From positions 17,196,351-17,252,120 of the forward strand of contig NC_068995.1 of NCBI RefSeq assembly GCF_001194135.2: a DNA stretch of 55,770 nt, given 5' to 3'. The notes below the pieces were generated by a model that saw nothing but the letters and a program-made list of their open reading frames with translations, was not told the DNA's origin and did not search any database. The first letter of the stretch is position 1. The number at the start of each line of letters is the position of its first letter. A program made the translations under genes and the position numbers. This DNA comes from Octopus bimaculoides. Taxonomy: Eukaryota. This document shows positions 38,131 through 51,722 of the stretch, in pieces.

Positions 38131-41100
38131 CTTGAATCGCCTGTTAATATGTTCGATATAATTGGCACCAATAAAATATCTCACATTATGTCAATCATGA
38201 TGTGAAGTATGATTGTATATATCCCATGTTGAGCGATACTTTTTTTTTACAGTGGATATATGCACACTTTGAAAGGAATTTCTTTGTAAACTAATCGAAA
38301 CAAGGATAGGCTGGTGGTTATTTAAATTTTTTTCTCTTCGTATTTTCTCTCCAAATAACATACATCTGTCTTCACAAAATTTATTAGTCATAACGTTTAA
38401 AGTATTTAAATATTAGTTGAAGAAATTATATTAACATTCAATTTTTATGAAGGTAAAAATAGATGAATAACGTCGGATTTTGAAAGTGCCTTTCCTGTGA
38501 TTTTAGATTTTATTTTCATATTTCTAATATTTATTTAAAATTTTCTAATTCTGTGTGCATATGTGCTGTGTGGATACGTAGTTTCTGTAAATAATTGTTT
38601 TTCTTTGTTCTTTTTCTTCCTTTTCATTCAATTGTCTGCGATTATGCGCATGCTGGAAGTAATTAATTTATGCATGTGGCAAACAAAGCATTGGCGAAAT
38701 GAATCCATTTTCTAACAAGTGATTCCTCTTGAGTAGCTTCTGTATTAAGAAGATGAAGAAGAAAAAAATAACCTCTTTTAATGTAGAGCAATGAAAGTTT
38801 TTCAAAGATAACGCATTAATATGACCAAAGTTAATAAAAACAAGTATTTAAATAATTATTCTGTTTCTTTTTTAATATTTTATTATACTTAACGATTTTT
38901 ATTTGCTGTCAAACTTAAAATAAATAATGTACTTTCTTTTAAAATTGTAAATTGAACAATAAAAGCTGTGTTTACTTTTCTCAAGAAAAAGGAAAAAAGT
39001 CCATTAATTATGTGAAATTATTTACTTCAATTTCTATTCATAAAATTATTTTTTTTTAATGAGAAACAAACATTGCCGGAGGAGGTATTGTTTTACTTTC
39101 TTTATTTCCATAGAACTGTTTCAATACCAGGATGGTTTTTATACCTTGAAAAGCATAGCAACTATTTAGTAACATCACTTGAGTTATCAACTTAGGTCAT
39201 TAAGTTTATGAAAATTGGAAAAAAAATAATGTTTGATGAGTTGATATGTCTTAAAGTAAGGTATTTGTTATCGTAGTACACTTTAAAATCTTGTACATTC
39301 TTATATTATTATTTGTCATCGTCATTTTTATTTTCAACTTGTTATTATCACCAACGGAATTAGACATTCTTAGGTACTTAATTAGTAGAAGTAGTAGTAT
39401 AAGCTTAATAAGTATCATAATCAAAAGATTCTGATACCTATTGCCCTATGGTATATAGTTATTATCTTTTTGAATTCCCAGTTCAAATCTCACCAGAGTT
39501 AACGCGCTTTCTTAATTTCTGGATTTGTAACATAAATAACAATCCATATCTGGGAATGTTATATAGTTGTTTCTTTCCATGCGCTGTCATCAATGACATC
39601 GTGAAAATGTTACAAAACTAAAAAGTGGTTGAATGCCGTAAAACAACATTTCTCAATCTTCTAACTGTTCTATAGCCAAATCATGCTCGTGTCAGTTTCG
39701 CTTATTCCTTGGTTGACGGTCAAGCGAATATTCATTTATGTGTTAGTTCGGAAGTAAAATTACTTTCAAATCATATTTCGGATAAAATTAAAAATATATA
39801 TTTGACAGTGTAGTTGTATATTACGGTTAAATAAGTGTAAAGCAGTGGTAGTTTGTACTTAGCTTTCGTTAATTAGTATAGATAGCTTAGTATTTGCGAG
39901 CAAATATATACAACTTCGACCCGAAATAGACACCATTTTATTATTATTTTTTTTCTGTTAGACCCCCCCCCCCCCGTAGTCATTCGATGTTTAAAAACTA
40001 GTTTTATAGATAGTTGTTCAGAACCACTGGTCCGATGGGTGGTCTGTATTATATATTTCGGTTTGTTATCTTTTGGCGATATGCCTTTTTATGACCACCA
40101 TTCAGAGGCTGAAAGAAGTAAAATGGTGAATAACTAATATGGAATAATCCATGGAGTAAGGAAAAATATCGAAAGTACTCCACAATGTTTATTTCATTAT
40201 TACTGCATTCAGCAAATATATATTATTATAACAAGTATATTTAACAAAAAATGTATAATATATTGCAAGTCAGTGGGGTTTCTTAATAATTACTAGTTAG
40301 AGATATTTAAAATTTGGAATATCATAAAACACAGATATTGAATACGAATATGTTTCGCTTTTTCCACTTTATTGACTTGTTCATCATCTAAGTTTCTTCA
40401 TTGCTATGAATAGCCCGTTGAATGGTTTACATTATATTATTCTTGTAGCGTAAATGTTTGCCGTTTTCATTTTTCAGAAATCGTAATACGTCATTAGGTT
40501 TCGATAAAGTACAAGGAACGTGGATACAAACCATTTAATTAAACAATAATATACAGATATTAGTATGCTTTACCATTGGAAGTTGTTATAGTAAAACAAC
40601 ATAGGATATGAAACCTATTTGAATATATGGAATATAGTTTTATATGTAATACAGTATAAGTCATAGTTATATTTTCTCGATGGCTCAAAAGGTATAATGC
40701 CCATTCCAAAGAGAAACGCCAAAGCTTCTATTCCTGGCTAAGAACACATCGCTCTCTCATTTTTCTGAGAGTATACCATGTGCTGCTTCATAATAAGTAG
40801 TGAACTGATGAATATTTTCTATTATTTGATATAGCCATAGTGGACACTGCTAGCATTCAATTATTTGATATGATGTATTTAAGAATATATTCTTCTGCTA
40901 AGCAGTGTTGTATTATTTCATAAGTGATGTTGATAATATACTATTCGACATAAGTAACTACAAGAATATAATTTCACTGTGCGCATACAGAAGCATATAT
41001 TCTTAAAACAACAAACACACACACACATGCATGTATGGATACAGATATTTACATTGGAAAACAGTAAGACTGTGAAAGTATTTCTTGGTTTAAAAACGTA

Positions 41101-41472
41101 CTTTTGTATCAATACTCGTTTGAAAGAAGATATGGAAATAAAAAAAGGAAAATGAATATATGACTAGATTAATGTTCGGCTTTATTTTTTTAAATATCTG
41201 ATACTCGACACCACGAAATCCATTACAATCAATCACAAAAACTTAATCAGGAAACATTAAAATTATAATGATATCTAATTATGCATTGGAATATTAATCA
41301 GAACACATACCAGAGAATTGACATTTTGTGTTGTCTAAAAGGCAAATTTTAGCACGCCAACGTATTTCGATAGCATTCTCGTCAGAAGCACTTTTGCTGA
41401 TTTCGATATCAGTACCATAATATAATATAATATAATATAATATGATAATAATAATAATATAGTAATGATATA

Positions 41473-41505
<33 letters not shown>

Positions 41506-41583
41506 TGTATGTATGTATGTATGTATANNNNNNNNNNATATAAGAAATGAAAGACAGAAGATAGAATATACGAGAATTTATTA

Positions 41584-41693
41584 TTATCACGATAGCTGTT
41601 TCGACACATCTAGCATCGATCCCTCTAGGGTGGGACACTCAACAACTGGTTCAGGAGCATCCGGTGGTCCAGATGTATCTCGTCAGGTGATAA
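41584..41693 (-). ncRNA. Type I hammerhead ribozyme motif with long structured helix II
   Basis: UUAUCAC-CUGACGA-GAUACAUCUGG..(55 nt)..CUAGAUGUGUC-GAAA-C-AGCU-A-UC^GUGAUAA: 7-bp helix I, 11-bp helix II (2 GU), intact core boxes, near-palindromic helix III. Confidence 0.72.
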
Positions 41694-42066
41694 ATAAATA
41701 CAACTCGTTAAAATGACGGATCCGCAATGTAACTTTCCGTTTCGTAGAGAGAAAAGCAGCCAGACGGAGGAAAAATTTCATTTATATAGAAGATCAAAAA
41801 TAAAATCACAGATGGCAAAAAGAGGAACGAACACACAATCCAGCGAGAAAAGTATTAAAATTAACCGTTAACAGATTTCGATGTATAAACGCCATCGGGC
41901 AAGCTGCATGGCGCGAGTACACTCGCTCATACAAGCATCCGCAAAAATGTGAGCATACGCACACGTGAGGTTTGGTGCACTCATGATCACAAAGTGAGTT
42001 AGTTATTTACTTAGTGTTTAGAAGAATGGAGAGGTTAAATGTAAACTTAAGTCACCCATGCCTTAA

Positions 42067-42142
<76 letters not shown>

Positions 42143-42608
42143 TATATACACATATATGTGTGTGTGTGTGTGTGTATTAAATCATTCTATAATATATATT
42201 GCTAAAATGCAGGAAAATATTTTAATGAAGAGTTATAACAGGGTTAAAAAAGTTAAATACAGTTACAGTTTAAGGATAAATAACAGTATTAAATTCCTGG
42301 AGTTTCTGTTCTGTTGGAGCTTAAAGAAATCAATAAATAATGGCCTTAATTCCCGAAATATTGGAGGTAGGATATATTTAAGCGCTTCAAATATCAAGAC
42401 ATTTGCGTCGCATTAACTCCCTAATTGAATAAGGAGTTTATAATAACCGTTAATTTGAGAAAATTGTTAAAGTTGTTATCTACAAATATTTTACTTTTCT
42501 GCCTGGAAACAAGAAAATTTCAAACAAAAAGGAATGTAGACGTTGATATACCGGAGATATAACGCTGAAAATAAATGACTATGCAATCATATAAACAGCA
42601 TCAATAAC

Positions 42609-42970
42609 GTGGCATTCCGTCGGTTACGACGATGAGGAGGGTTCCAGTTGATCCGGAACAGCCTGCTCGTGAAATTAGCATTCAAGTGCCTGAGCACTCC
42701 ACAGACACGTGTACCCTTAACGTAGTTCTCGGGGAGATTCAGTGTGACAAGGCTGGCCCTTTGAAATACAGGTACAACAGAAACAGGAAGAGTGAGAAAA
42801 AGTTGTGGTGAATGAGTACAGCAGGTTTCGCCACCACCCACTGCCAGAGCCTTGTGGGGCTTTAAGTGTTTTCGCGCAATAAACATTCACAACGACCGGT
42901 CTGGGAATCGAAACCGCGACCCTACGACCGCAAATTCGCTACCCTAACCACTAGGCTACTGGGCCTCCAC
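42609..42970 (-). mobile_element. tRNA-derived SINE family B, near full length
   Basis: Minus head GTGGAGGCCCAGTAGCCTAGTGGTTAGGG..GGTTTCGATTCCCAG; GC-rich body ending AACCGACGGAATGCCAC. Confidence 0.85.
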
Positions 42971-43074
42971 GACCAGTATCAATAAAGTAACAGAAATATA
43001 TTGAAAAATGAATTTGTAAGTATGAAATAATATGGTTTATGTTTATAAGATGAATAGTTATCATTAAAGAGTAA

Positions 43075-43210
43075 ATCCAAAAAATTTGAGGGAGTATATC
43101 AGTCGATGAAATTGATTCCGGTTCTTAAATGGTACTCATTTTTATTGACCTGAAAGGATGAAATCTAAAATCGTCACAGAATGTAAAGCGCCTGAGTAAA
43201 TGCTTCAATT
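43075..43210 (-). mobile_element. Degenerate SINE family D fragment
   Basis: TGGTACTCATTTTTATTGACCTGAAAGGATGAAA resembles the reverse complement of the family D core. Confidence 0.45.
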
Positions 43211-44015
43211 GTTTGCGGTACTTTAGGTATTCTATAAGGTCGTTGTTACGGCTCATAACAATAATATAACTACTCCTGCAAACAAAAGTAATTTTATTTG
43301 CCAAATCATATTCCGATATTTGCAAAAAGTTATATCTAAGCATTCAAATCAGACGTTGATAAATTTCTTTAAAAAAACACCTGAATGTGATAATTTAAAT
43401 GTAAACATCCCAATCTAGATATCAAAATACAGGCCAGTGAGATGCAATATGTAGTAGATAAAATGTGATTTTTTAAAATGCAACTGTGATACATGATAGA
43501 ACACACATAAGCATGATCACTATACAACGCTTATCTAAATACTCGACTGCGCACTGGCAACACAATAAGCTTAAAGTAAAAAGGAATGTTTGGGAAAAAT
43601 ATACAATTATTAGATTTCCTTTTGCGTGCGTAGTGTATGTAAAAGATATCTAAACAAGCTATCGGTAGACAATTCGCATTTCGTATCCGGATGTTATTCC
43701 ATTAACAGATTTCAAATGTAAAGTTATGTAAAATATGCACATATTTTTAATGCTACGTGTTGTATCAAAATATTACTATTTATAAAACTACACATAGCAT
43801 AAAACTCACATGTAAATATATGAGTATATGTTTATATCTTTTCATTACTCGATTTTATTCATTCATTCTTAGATGAATTTTCACTTCACCGTTGGAGTTA
43901 GTCTCATGTATTTGCTTCTTATCTCTACCCAGAAAATTACACACTAGTAACTCGGAGTATGGAGAAAATGAAGCTCTTTGTGAGCGTTCGTGTGTGTTTG
44001 TGTGTGTCTGTTTGT

Positions 44016-44185
<170 letters not shown>

Positions 44186-44942
44186 AAGTCTGTTTATATA
44201 TATATATGTCTATGAATTTAGAGATATAGTTGTTTGTTCGGTCTGAGTGTGTACGAATTACGTAGAAACAGATAAAGAAAACAAATAGATGCAAGACAAT
44301 AACGTAACAAAATAATATTAACAACAACGGCAATAACAACAACAGCAGTATCAGTAGCAGAAAGTCTGAAATTTGTTTTATTAACTTTTGAAGCCATGCG
44401 TTCACATGGAGAGTATTTCGTAAAAAAAAGTTATCTGACAGTCACCATTTGGCATCAATCTGCATCACACCTCTTCATTTCCATTTATAATCTTCTTCGT
44501 TATTTCCATTTTCAATAAATCCAGTATTTTTTTTCCTCTCTCTCAATCTACCTCTTTCTTTATAACCTCTCTCCTTCCAATGTCTGCTGTTTTGTATCTA
44601 ATGATGCGGCATTGGTGTACAGTGTTATGGCCAAGGGAAGTAACACTGCAGTGGCTCTAACAACAATGGCTTGGCAACAAACCAAATTCTTGTCTGATGG
44701 AAATTAATGTTGTAGTTTTGATATAACGCCATTCTAAGAAATAATCTCGACTGTATATTGAACGAATTTTATTGTTTAGGTTCCATTGTTGAGATCTCTG
44801 CCGAACCAAGGAACATTATCACGATCAAAGAATTCTGTCTTATCTCACAGATTTACTCGCGAAATTCAATTATACGTTTTGTAGTACGATACCTTTCACT
44901 CTACACAATTGGAGGCACGCATACTTCTAGGACGCATATTCA

Positions 44943-44985
<43 letters not shown>

Positions 44986-45545
44986 CGTACACACACACTC
45001 ACAGACACACACATACACACACACGCACATGCACATACACACACACGCACATATGTATGTATGTATACACATGTACTCACACTCAAATATGTATGTATTC
45101 ACATGTATATATACATATATATATATGTATGTATGTATATATGTATATANNNNNNNNNNNNNNNNNNNNNNNNNNNNNNNNNNNNNNNNNNNNNNNNNNN
45201 NNNNNNNNNNNNNNNNNNNNNNNNNNNNNNNNNNNNNNNNNNNNNNNNNNNNNNNNNNNNNNNNNNNNNNNNNNNNNNNNNNNNNNNNNNNNNNNNNNNN
45301 NNNNNNNNNNNNNNNNNNNNNNNNNNNNNNNNNNNNNNNNNNNNNNNNNNNNNNNNNNNNNNNNNNNNNNNNNNNNNNNNNNNNNNNNNNNNNNNNNNNN
45401 NNNNNNNNNNNNNNNNNNNNNNNNNNNNNNNNNNNNNNNNNNNNNNNNNNNNNNNNNNNNNNNNNNNNNNNNNNNNNNNNNNNNNNNNNNNNNNNNNNNN
45501 NNNNNNNNNNNNNNNNNNNNNNNNNNNNNNNNNNNNNNNNNNNNN

Positions 45546-45593
<48 letters not shown>

Positions 45594-46372
45594 TGTATGT
45601 ATGTGTGATATAATTGGATGAAAATTCATACATACATATATGGATTCGTCTTGTGTTGTAGACTTCTAACAATACATATTCCCCGACATAACAGATCTTC
45701 AAAGTGAATGATTACCTTCTGTCCAAACAATAGAAAATATCTAACAAACGGATATTCAAAGATTTCTCCATATTAAAGATTTTTTTTTTTTTTTTGTAAT
45801 TTCTGACTTCCTTAGAGAATGCATGTTGCTGAACTAACAGTGGATTCCGTCTGACACGTAAAACCTCATTGATAGCGCCAAATTTGAGCAGTCATATAAC
45901 TGGCAAATACGCAGATAGTTAATTGCTTGAGAAAACCTAGGAGCTACAAGCATTTATATTTTGAGACAATAATACGCCCCTGTTGATATATCTTAGCTTT
46001 CTATATAAAACGTCTACGTCAAAACATTTACTATCTTTACTTCCGTGTAATAAGGCCTCTTAATGGATAAACACATATCGCTGGTTAACAACAAGTAGAC
46101 CAAGAAAACAGACATTTAGCATTTAACTCTGTTTCTTTCTGATAACTAAGTAAAAAAAAAAAAATATTAAGCATCCATGCAAACTCCTAAATTCCAAAAA
46201 GTATATAAGCAAAGAAAAATAAAGAGAAATTTGTTATAACATTTATCATTAACCTTGATAGTTGTGCGTAATAGTATACATAAAATGGGTAATAAAAGAA
46301 AGTGTTTTTATTTCTTACGAAAGAAAATACTTTTGGTTTTCTTTGTCTTTTGCACTTACCATCTTCTCTATG

Positions 46373-46644
46373 AAACAGAAACAGTAATAGGTAATGGTAC
46401 CTAAACGTAGTTATACTAAGTTGACACCACTGGATGTTTACAAAATATTAAAATTAACATCTTGTGATCTTTTGGTACTCGTCCGAGAATGAAAATCAAT
46501 GAAGAAAACAAATTTAAGGCTGATATCTCAAAATAGTTCCTTATTCTAAGTCCCAATTTATGATGTGAATGAAAATAACTTAGACATTTTACTTATTTTA
46601 AGGCACAATTAATGAATTTCATTTCAAAAGAATTTAACAAAATA
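46373..46644 (+). repeat. 272-bp direct repeat, copy 1
   Basis: Matches 47402-47673 with one substitution seen (TAGACATT vs TAGAAATT). Confidence 0.93.
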
Positions 46645-47401
46645 CATTTTTATTTTTCCCAAGCTCTACATATTTACAAATTAGCCACTATTTGTCTCGA
46701 TTACAAAACTATTGCATTTAAAAAGTAAAAAAGAATTAAAAATTAAAAAATGAAAAATCCAACTAAATATGTAAAATTGTATATGAGAGTGAGACAAAAG
46801 TTTCAAATCTTTGTATCGTTGTAGCATTGCGCTGTATCGGGGTTCGAAAAAAAATAAACAACTATGGAAAAAGTAAGTTCACAACCTACGAGGTAAAATA
46901 ATTATGTAAAATGAGGTTGAAAAACACTACTACAGATAGCAGCATTGCAAAATTGTGAAATATTACCCAGTTGATTTCAACGCATTCTTTTTGTAAAGTT
47001 TAGTATTCAGTAACACAGAGAAGCCGTTTTACTTAAACGTATACATCTAAAGGGTAGTAGAATAATTGCTCATTTTGTCAGTAATATGTTTGCACTCTTG
47101 AGAGTGCTACGTATCTTTTATCTGAAAATAACGTCTCTTAGATCGAGGATAACGTCGGAAAACAGTAAGCAAGCGTGAAACCCAAGTCTTCATTTGAACA
47201 TCTTCGCATTCAAGAAAAATATGTCTATAGAAGCTCCTTATTCCGATTAACCTGGATACTGTTAAATATGAACTCAAAAGTCTTATTGTTAGGGTAATAG
47301 AAATTATTATCTGCTTATAATTGTCAATTAGTCTTAGGTATTAAAATAGGGAAAGAAAAAGAAAAAAATAGCTTCAATTCATAATTGAAAATGGTCATAT
47401 C

Positions 47402-47673
47402 AAACAGAAACAGTAATAGGTAATGGTACCTAAACGTAGTTATACTAAGTTGACACCACTGGATGTTTACAAAATATTAAAATTAACATCTTGTGATCTT
47501 TTGGTACTCGTCCGAGAATGAAAATCAATGAAGAAAACAAATTTAAGGCTGATATCTCAAAATAGTTCCTTATTCTAAGTCCCAATTTATGATGTGAATG
47601 AAAATAACTTAGAAATTTTACTTATTTTAAGGCACAATTAATGAATTTCATTTCAAAAGAATTTAACAAAATA
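47402..47673 (+). repeat. 272-bp direct repeat, copy 2
   Basis: Offset of 1029 bp from copy 1. Confidence 0.93.
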
Positions 47674-48487
47674 AACTCGTTGAAGTTCTCAAACTTTCCA
47701 AAACATTTGCATGTTCCTAAACAAGCAAACATTAAACGAATAAATAAATAAATAAATATTCAACTAACTTCAATCATTATTTTCATATCGATTTATTGAT
47801 TCTGCCAGAACAAATTTATGAACATATGAATGAATTTTTGAAATGTAGTTATAGCACGTACCGTAAAAAGCTTCTTTCATTTTTATTAAAAAAAGTATTT
47901 CCCATGTTTTGATAGCATAATATTCTTTCAATTCCATATTTACATGACTCTTTCCTCTTTCGTTTTTTTTCTTCTTTTCTTTACCTTTTGCATTTCCTGC
48001 TCTCATTTTATGTCAAGCTGTCATCATCTATTCTTTACTGTGGCAATAACGAAATAATACATTAAGTAATGTTTGTAAGCGATTGCATTTTCGCTACGTG
48101 TCAGGACTATGGTGGTGCAGAAATGAAATATTAAAACTGACACACTTACTCTAAAATTCGTAAAAATCATAACGTGATATATATTGATAATGCATATGAT
48201 ATATTTGTAAGGAAATAAATTTCCAGGGGAGATATAAGGTATTTCTCTGTGGCACTGCAATCATGATAAACATGAAATGCTATAAATGTTAGACATGCAT
48301 GTAGACAAGGATATCTAAGGTTAAAAAAATAAAATAATAATGCAACACACACGCATTCTTTTTATATTCTGCAATATATGCTTAGATTCAACCATATAGT
48401 AAGAAGGTTTCAACGCATGACTAGAGTATGTGCAATAATATACAACTACAAATAATATCTATCGGTATCTACATGTATGTACGTATA

Positions 48488-48495
<8 letters not shown>

Positions 48496-48580
<85 letters not shown>
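48496..48580. repeat. (CT)n-(AT)n microsatellite
   Basis: Directly visible. Confidence 0.95.
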
Positions 48581-48585
<5 letters not shown>

Positions 48586-48599
48586 GATAGATATGGATA

Positions 48600-49210
48600 T
48601 AGATATATATACTATATCTTGTTTTAAACTCCATATCGATTCCAAATACCATGAAATCCTCAGTGACAATTAGTAATCCAGATCTACCACCAACTCCTCT
48701 AGCATCAAGAAAAGAAAATAATGAACACAAGAAAGAATCAGGAAACATACAAGCTGACCAAACTAGAAAAGAAAGCCATGAACTAAATACGCAACTCCAT
48801 CGATGACAGTAACACATTGTTCTTGGTTCCGAAACGGGGTCAGAAACAGAAATAAGATTCCAATAAAAATACAGTGAAAGTAATATAGGACCTGTAATTG
48901 ATCAGGCTGACGAAAATTAAAGGGGAATAAAAGAGAGTTTCACTCACGATGCTAGGGACCTCAGCATGCATCCCGGTCTCGAACAATCTACTTGTCTTGA
49001 GAAACTCAACTGAGAGAAAGCTCGTGAAAGATACCATTTCCTATAGAAAGGCGTTCAAGACATGTGACTCTCTTGTCCTCTTTCCTTCTTTACAACGAAT
49101 ATAGCAGCTTTAAGAATGACGTCCATAAATGCACGTGATCTGGTATCATCGGAGAAGCAGGAGTGCCTACTCAATAACTCGGGGTCTCTACATGCATTTG
49201 TGACAGCTAA
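48600..49210 (+). mobile_element. Tx1/L1-like ORF1 end / ORF2 start fragment
   Basis: LRMTSINARDLVSSEKQECLLNN resembles the APE start (.NVRGL...KQ..LLND), as at 9085; preceded by a low-complexity polar frame. Confidence 0.48.
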
Positions 49211-49512
49211 ATTATAATTTCCTGTACACGTTCTGTGGCATCATATTGATTCTTTTGAGATCTATACGTCTCTGAGCTGACATGGAATGTGAAGTTGAGA
49301 AGCATTATTGTTGTTCCAGGAATTCTCCTTTTTAATAATTCTAGTGTCACTGGAATGCTGATTTCCCTCCTTACAACAGCATGTGACTCATCTTGACCAA
49401 GAGCAGTTTGGGCGTCCTGAATCTCTCCATTCGGTTAACTGAGGCCGAGGGAGCTAAGTTTCTATAAGAAGCCTTCGGATTTTAATGTTTTATGGAGCCA
49501 AAGCAAACTGTT

Positions 49513-49522
49513 TTAATAATAA

Positions 49523-49577
<55 letters not shown>
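49513..49577. repeat. (AAT)n microsatellite
   Basis: Directly visible. Confidence 0.95.
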
Positions 49578-49579
<2 letters not shown>

Positions 49580-49814
49580 CTGGGCCCATGAATATTTCAC
49601 CGAATTGATAGTAAACGTATTTGATTATTTCTGAAAACCGTATCCAAAAAAACTTGAAAGCTTAGCCTGTGTTGTTTCTGTCTCAAAAGATAGTCGCTCA
49701 TCAGCTGCTCTTTGAAAAGTGAAGGAAATTTGAATAGGGCAATTCCTTAGTGCACTTTACACATACACTCTATATACTTTATGCAAAATTTTGTAAACTT
49801 GATACACAACATTC

Positions 49815-49816
<2 letters not shown>

Positions 49817-49895
<79 letters not shown>
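49817..49895. repeat. (CT)n-(TATC)n microsatellite
   Basis: Directly visible. Confidence 0.95.
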
Positions 49896-49897
<2 letters not shown>

Positions 49898-50739
49898 CAC
49901 TCGTCACCTTACAATAACTTTTTCTCTCCTTTTTCTTGCGCTCTTCGCCTTTCCTTTCAACTAAGTGCATGAAAGCGTTACAGACATGCTAAGTAATAGA
50001 AGAAAAAACGTAGTTAAAAAACAAAAAAAATGCACATTTCACTCAGCAACACCTCTCCCACCCCTTTTTTCCCCATATCTCTTTCCCTCCTTAATCGCAT
50101 CCCTCACCTCCCAACTCCTCCCACCCTCCAACCCATCCTCTCTTCTCCTGTCCTCCCCCTTAAACTAAGTGTTACGGGCGGGATAAGTAACGGAAAAACA
50201 GGCAGAATTATTTATAAGATGTATGTGCCTGCTGTTTTTAAATTTGCTTCAAAATTACTGTGCGCTGCCTTTAAATGTGATGCATTTAACACGCAAGAAG
50301 TCCTTTCTTACACATATAAGTAGTAAATAACAAAAAAAAGTATCTCTCAGCAGTTGAAATTATCGCTCCAATACGTACAAACAAACTTTCATTAAGGGAG
50401 TTCAAATCTGAAAGAAACAAGCTAAGGATATTGTTTATACAACTGACTCGAATTTTTCTTCAGTAAACTGGTTAGTGTAGGAGTGGTCGTTGTATTTTAT
50501 AACCACTTAGATATACGGATGTATATACATGCAAACGTCCATCTATCCATGAATCCATTTTTTCTGTCCACTTCTCCACGGAGTTTGACGTAGTAGACTC
50601 TGGAGATACCTCCACTATAGGGTCATATCAGAAGCAAGGGTTACCTACTCAAGCGTGACCCAGACGAGACTGGATATTATCCAGCCATCTCGTTCTTGGT
50701 CCAACACGGTTACCTAAGTTTCTGATCAACTCGTTTTCA

Positions 50740-50960
50740 AGAATCTGTTGTGATTTTCTTCCTGTGTCATTCTTATCATATGCCTATACTGGCAGAATCT
50801 GTGACCTTTCAGTGCGGAGAACAGGTGATCCGACTTCGTGAGACACCTTTATACAACTTGTCCAATAATATTTCTCCAGAAATACTTCGGAGGAGACCTA
50901 TTTTAGCAGTTTCTAATCGCCGCAGTCGAACTATTTTGCTCATTTGATACCATTTGAAAA
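50740..50960 (-). mobile_element. RTE-like LINE C-terminal fragment
   Basis: RRLETAKIGLLRSISGEILLDK and QYRHMIRM resemble RLE..EM.MLRWI.G..L.DK and RWYGHVMRM. Confidence 0.55.
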
Positions 50961-51112
50961 ATGAATCAGAATGACATTTGTGATTATTATTTTCCACTTC
51001 TCTACGTAGTGGAAAATAATTATTAGAAATATCATTTATATTCACTTTATCAAATATCCACAACTATACCAAAGAGTTTTTATTTCTATTTCTCTCCCTA
51101 CACATATACTTA

Positions 51113-51219
<107 letters not shown>

Positions 51220-51301
51220 ATATATAAATTTATTCTGAAAACAATAATTACATAAGAAGTCAAATGAAAGCTTATCGTACAACATGCTGATTAATTAAGA
51301 G

Positions 51302-51495
51302 TAAGGCGGTGAGCTGGTAAAATCGTTAGCCTGTCGGTCAAAATGGTTAAGGGTATATTGTCTGCTTTATGTCCTGAGTTCAAATTCCATCGAAGCTGAC
51401 TTTGCTTTTTGTCCTTTGGAGGTAATAACATAGGTAACAGATAAACATTGGAGCAATGTAATCGATTTAAATCCCCGCAACACTTGGCTCCCCTG
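51302..51495 (+). mobile_element. tRNA-derived SINE family D, copy 1 of a tandem pair
   Basis: TAAGGCGGTGAGCTGG..GTTAG..GAGTTCAAATTCC (A/B-box like head). Confidence 0.75.
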
Positions 51496-51528
51496 CGCCC
51501 AAATCATCATTATAGTTATATATGAGTC

Positions 51529-51722
51529 GGTGAGATGGCAGAATTGTTGGCACGCCGGCGGCATTTCGTTTGCCTTTGCGTTCTGATTTAAAATTGCACC
51601 GTGCTCTACTTTGCTTTTCATCCTTTCGGGGTCGTAAAATCAGTACCAGTTGAACGCCGGGCTCCATGTAACTTAACCCTCCCCTAAAATTACCGGCCTT
51701 GCGCCAAAATTTGAAACCAATA
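51529..51722 (+). mobile_element. tRNA-derived SINE family D, copy 2 of a tandem pair
   Basis: GGTGAGATGGCAGAATTGTTGGCACGCCGG..TTCATCCTTTCGGGGTCGTAAAATCAGTACCAG. Confidence 0.75.

Noticed and set aside
41350-41395. CTGACGA..GAAA on the minus strand about 200 bp from the main hammerhead
   Set aside because: Helix II is only 2 bp, and no helix I complement or proper helix III is present; not enough to call a second ribozyme or a tandem retrozyme.
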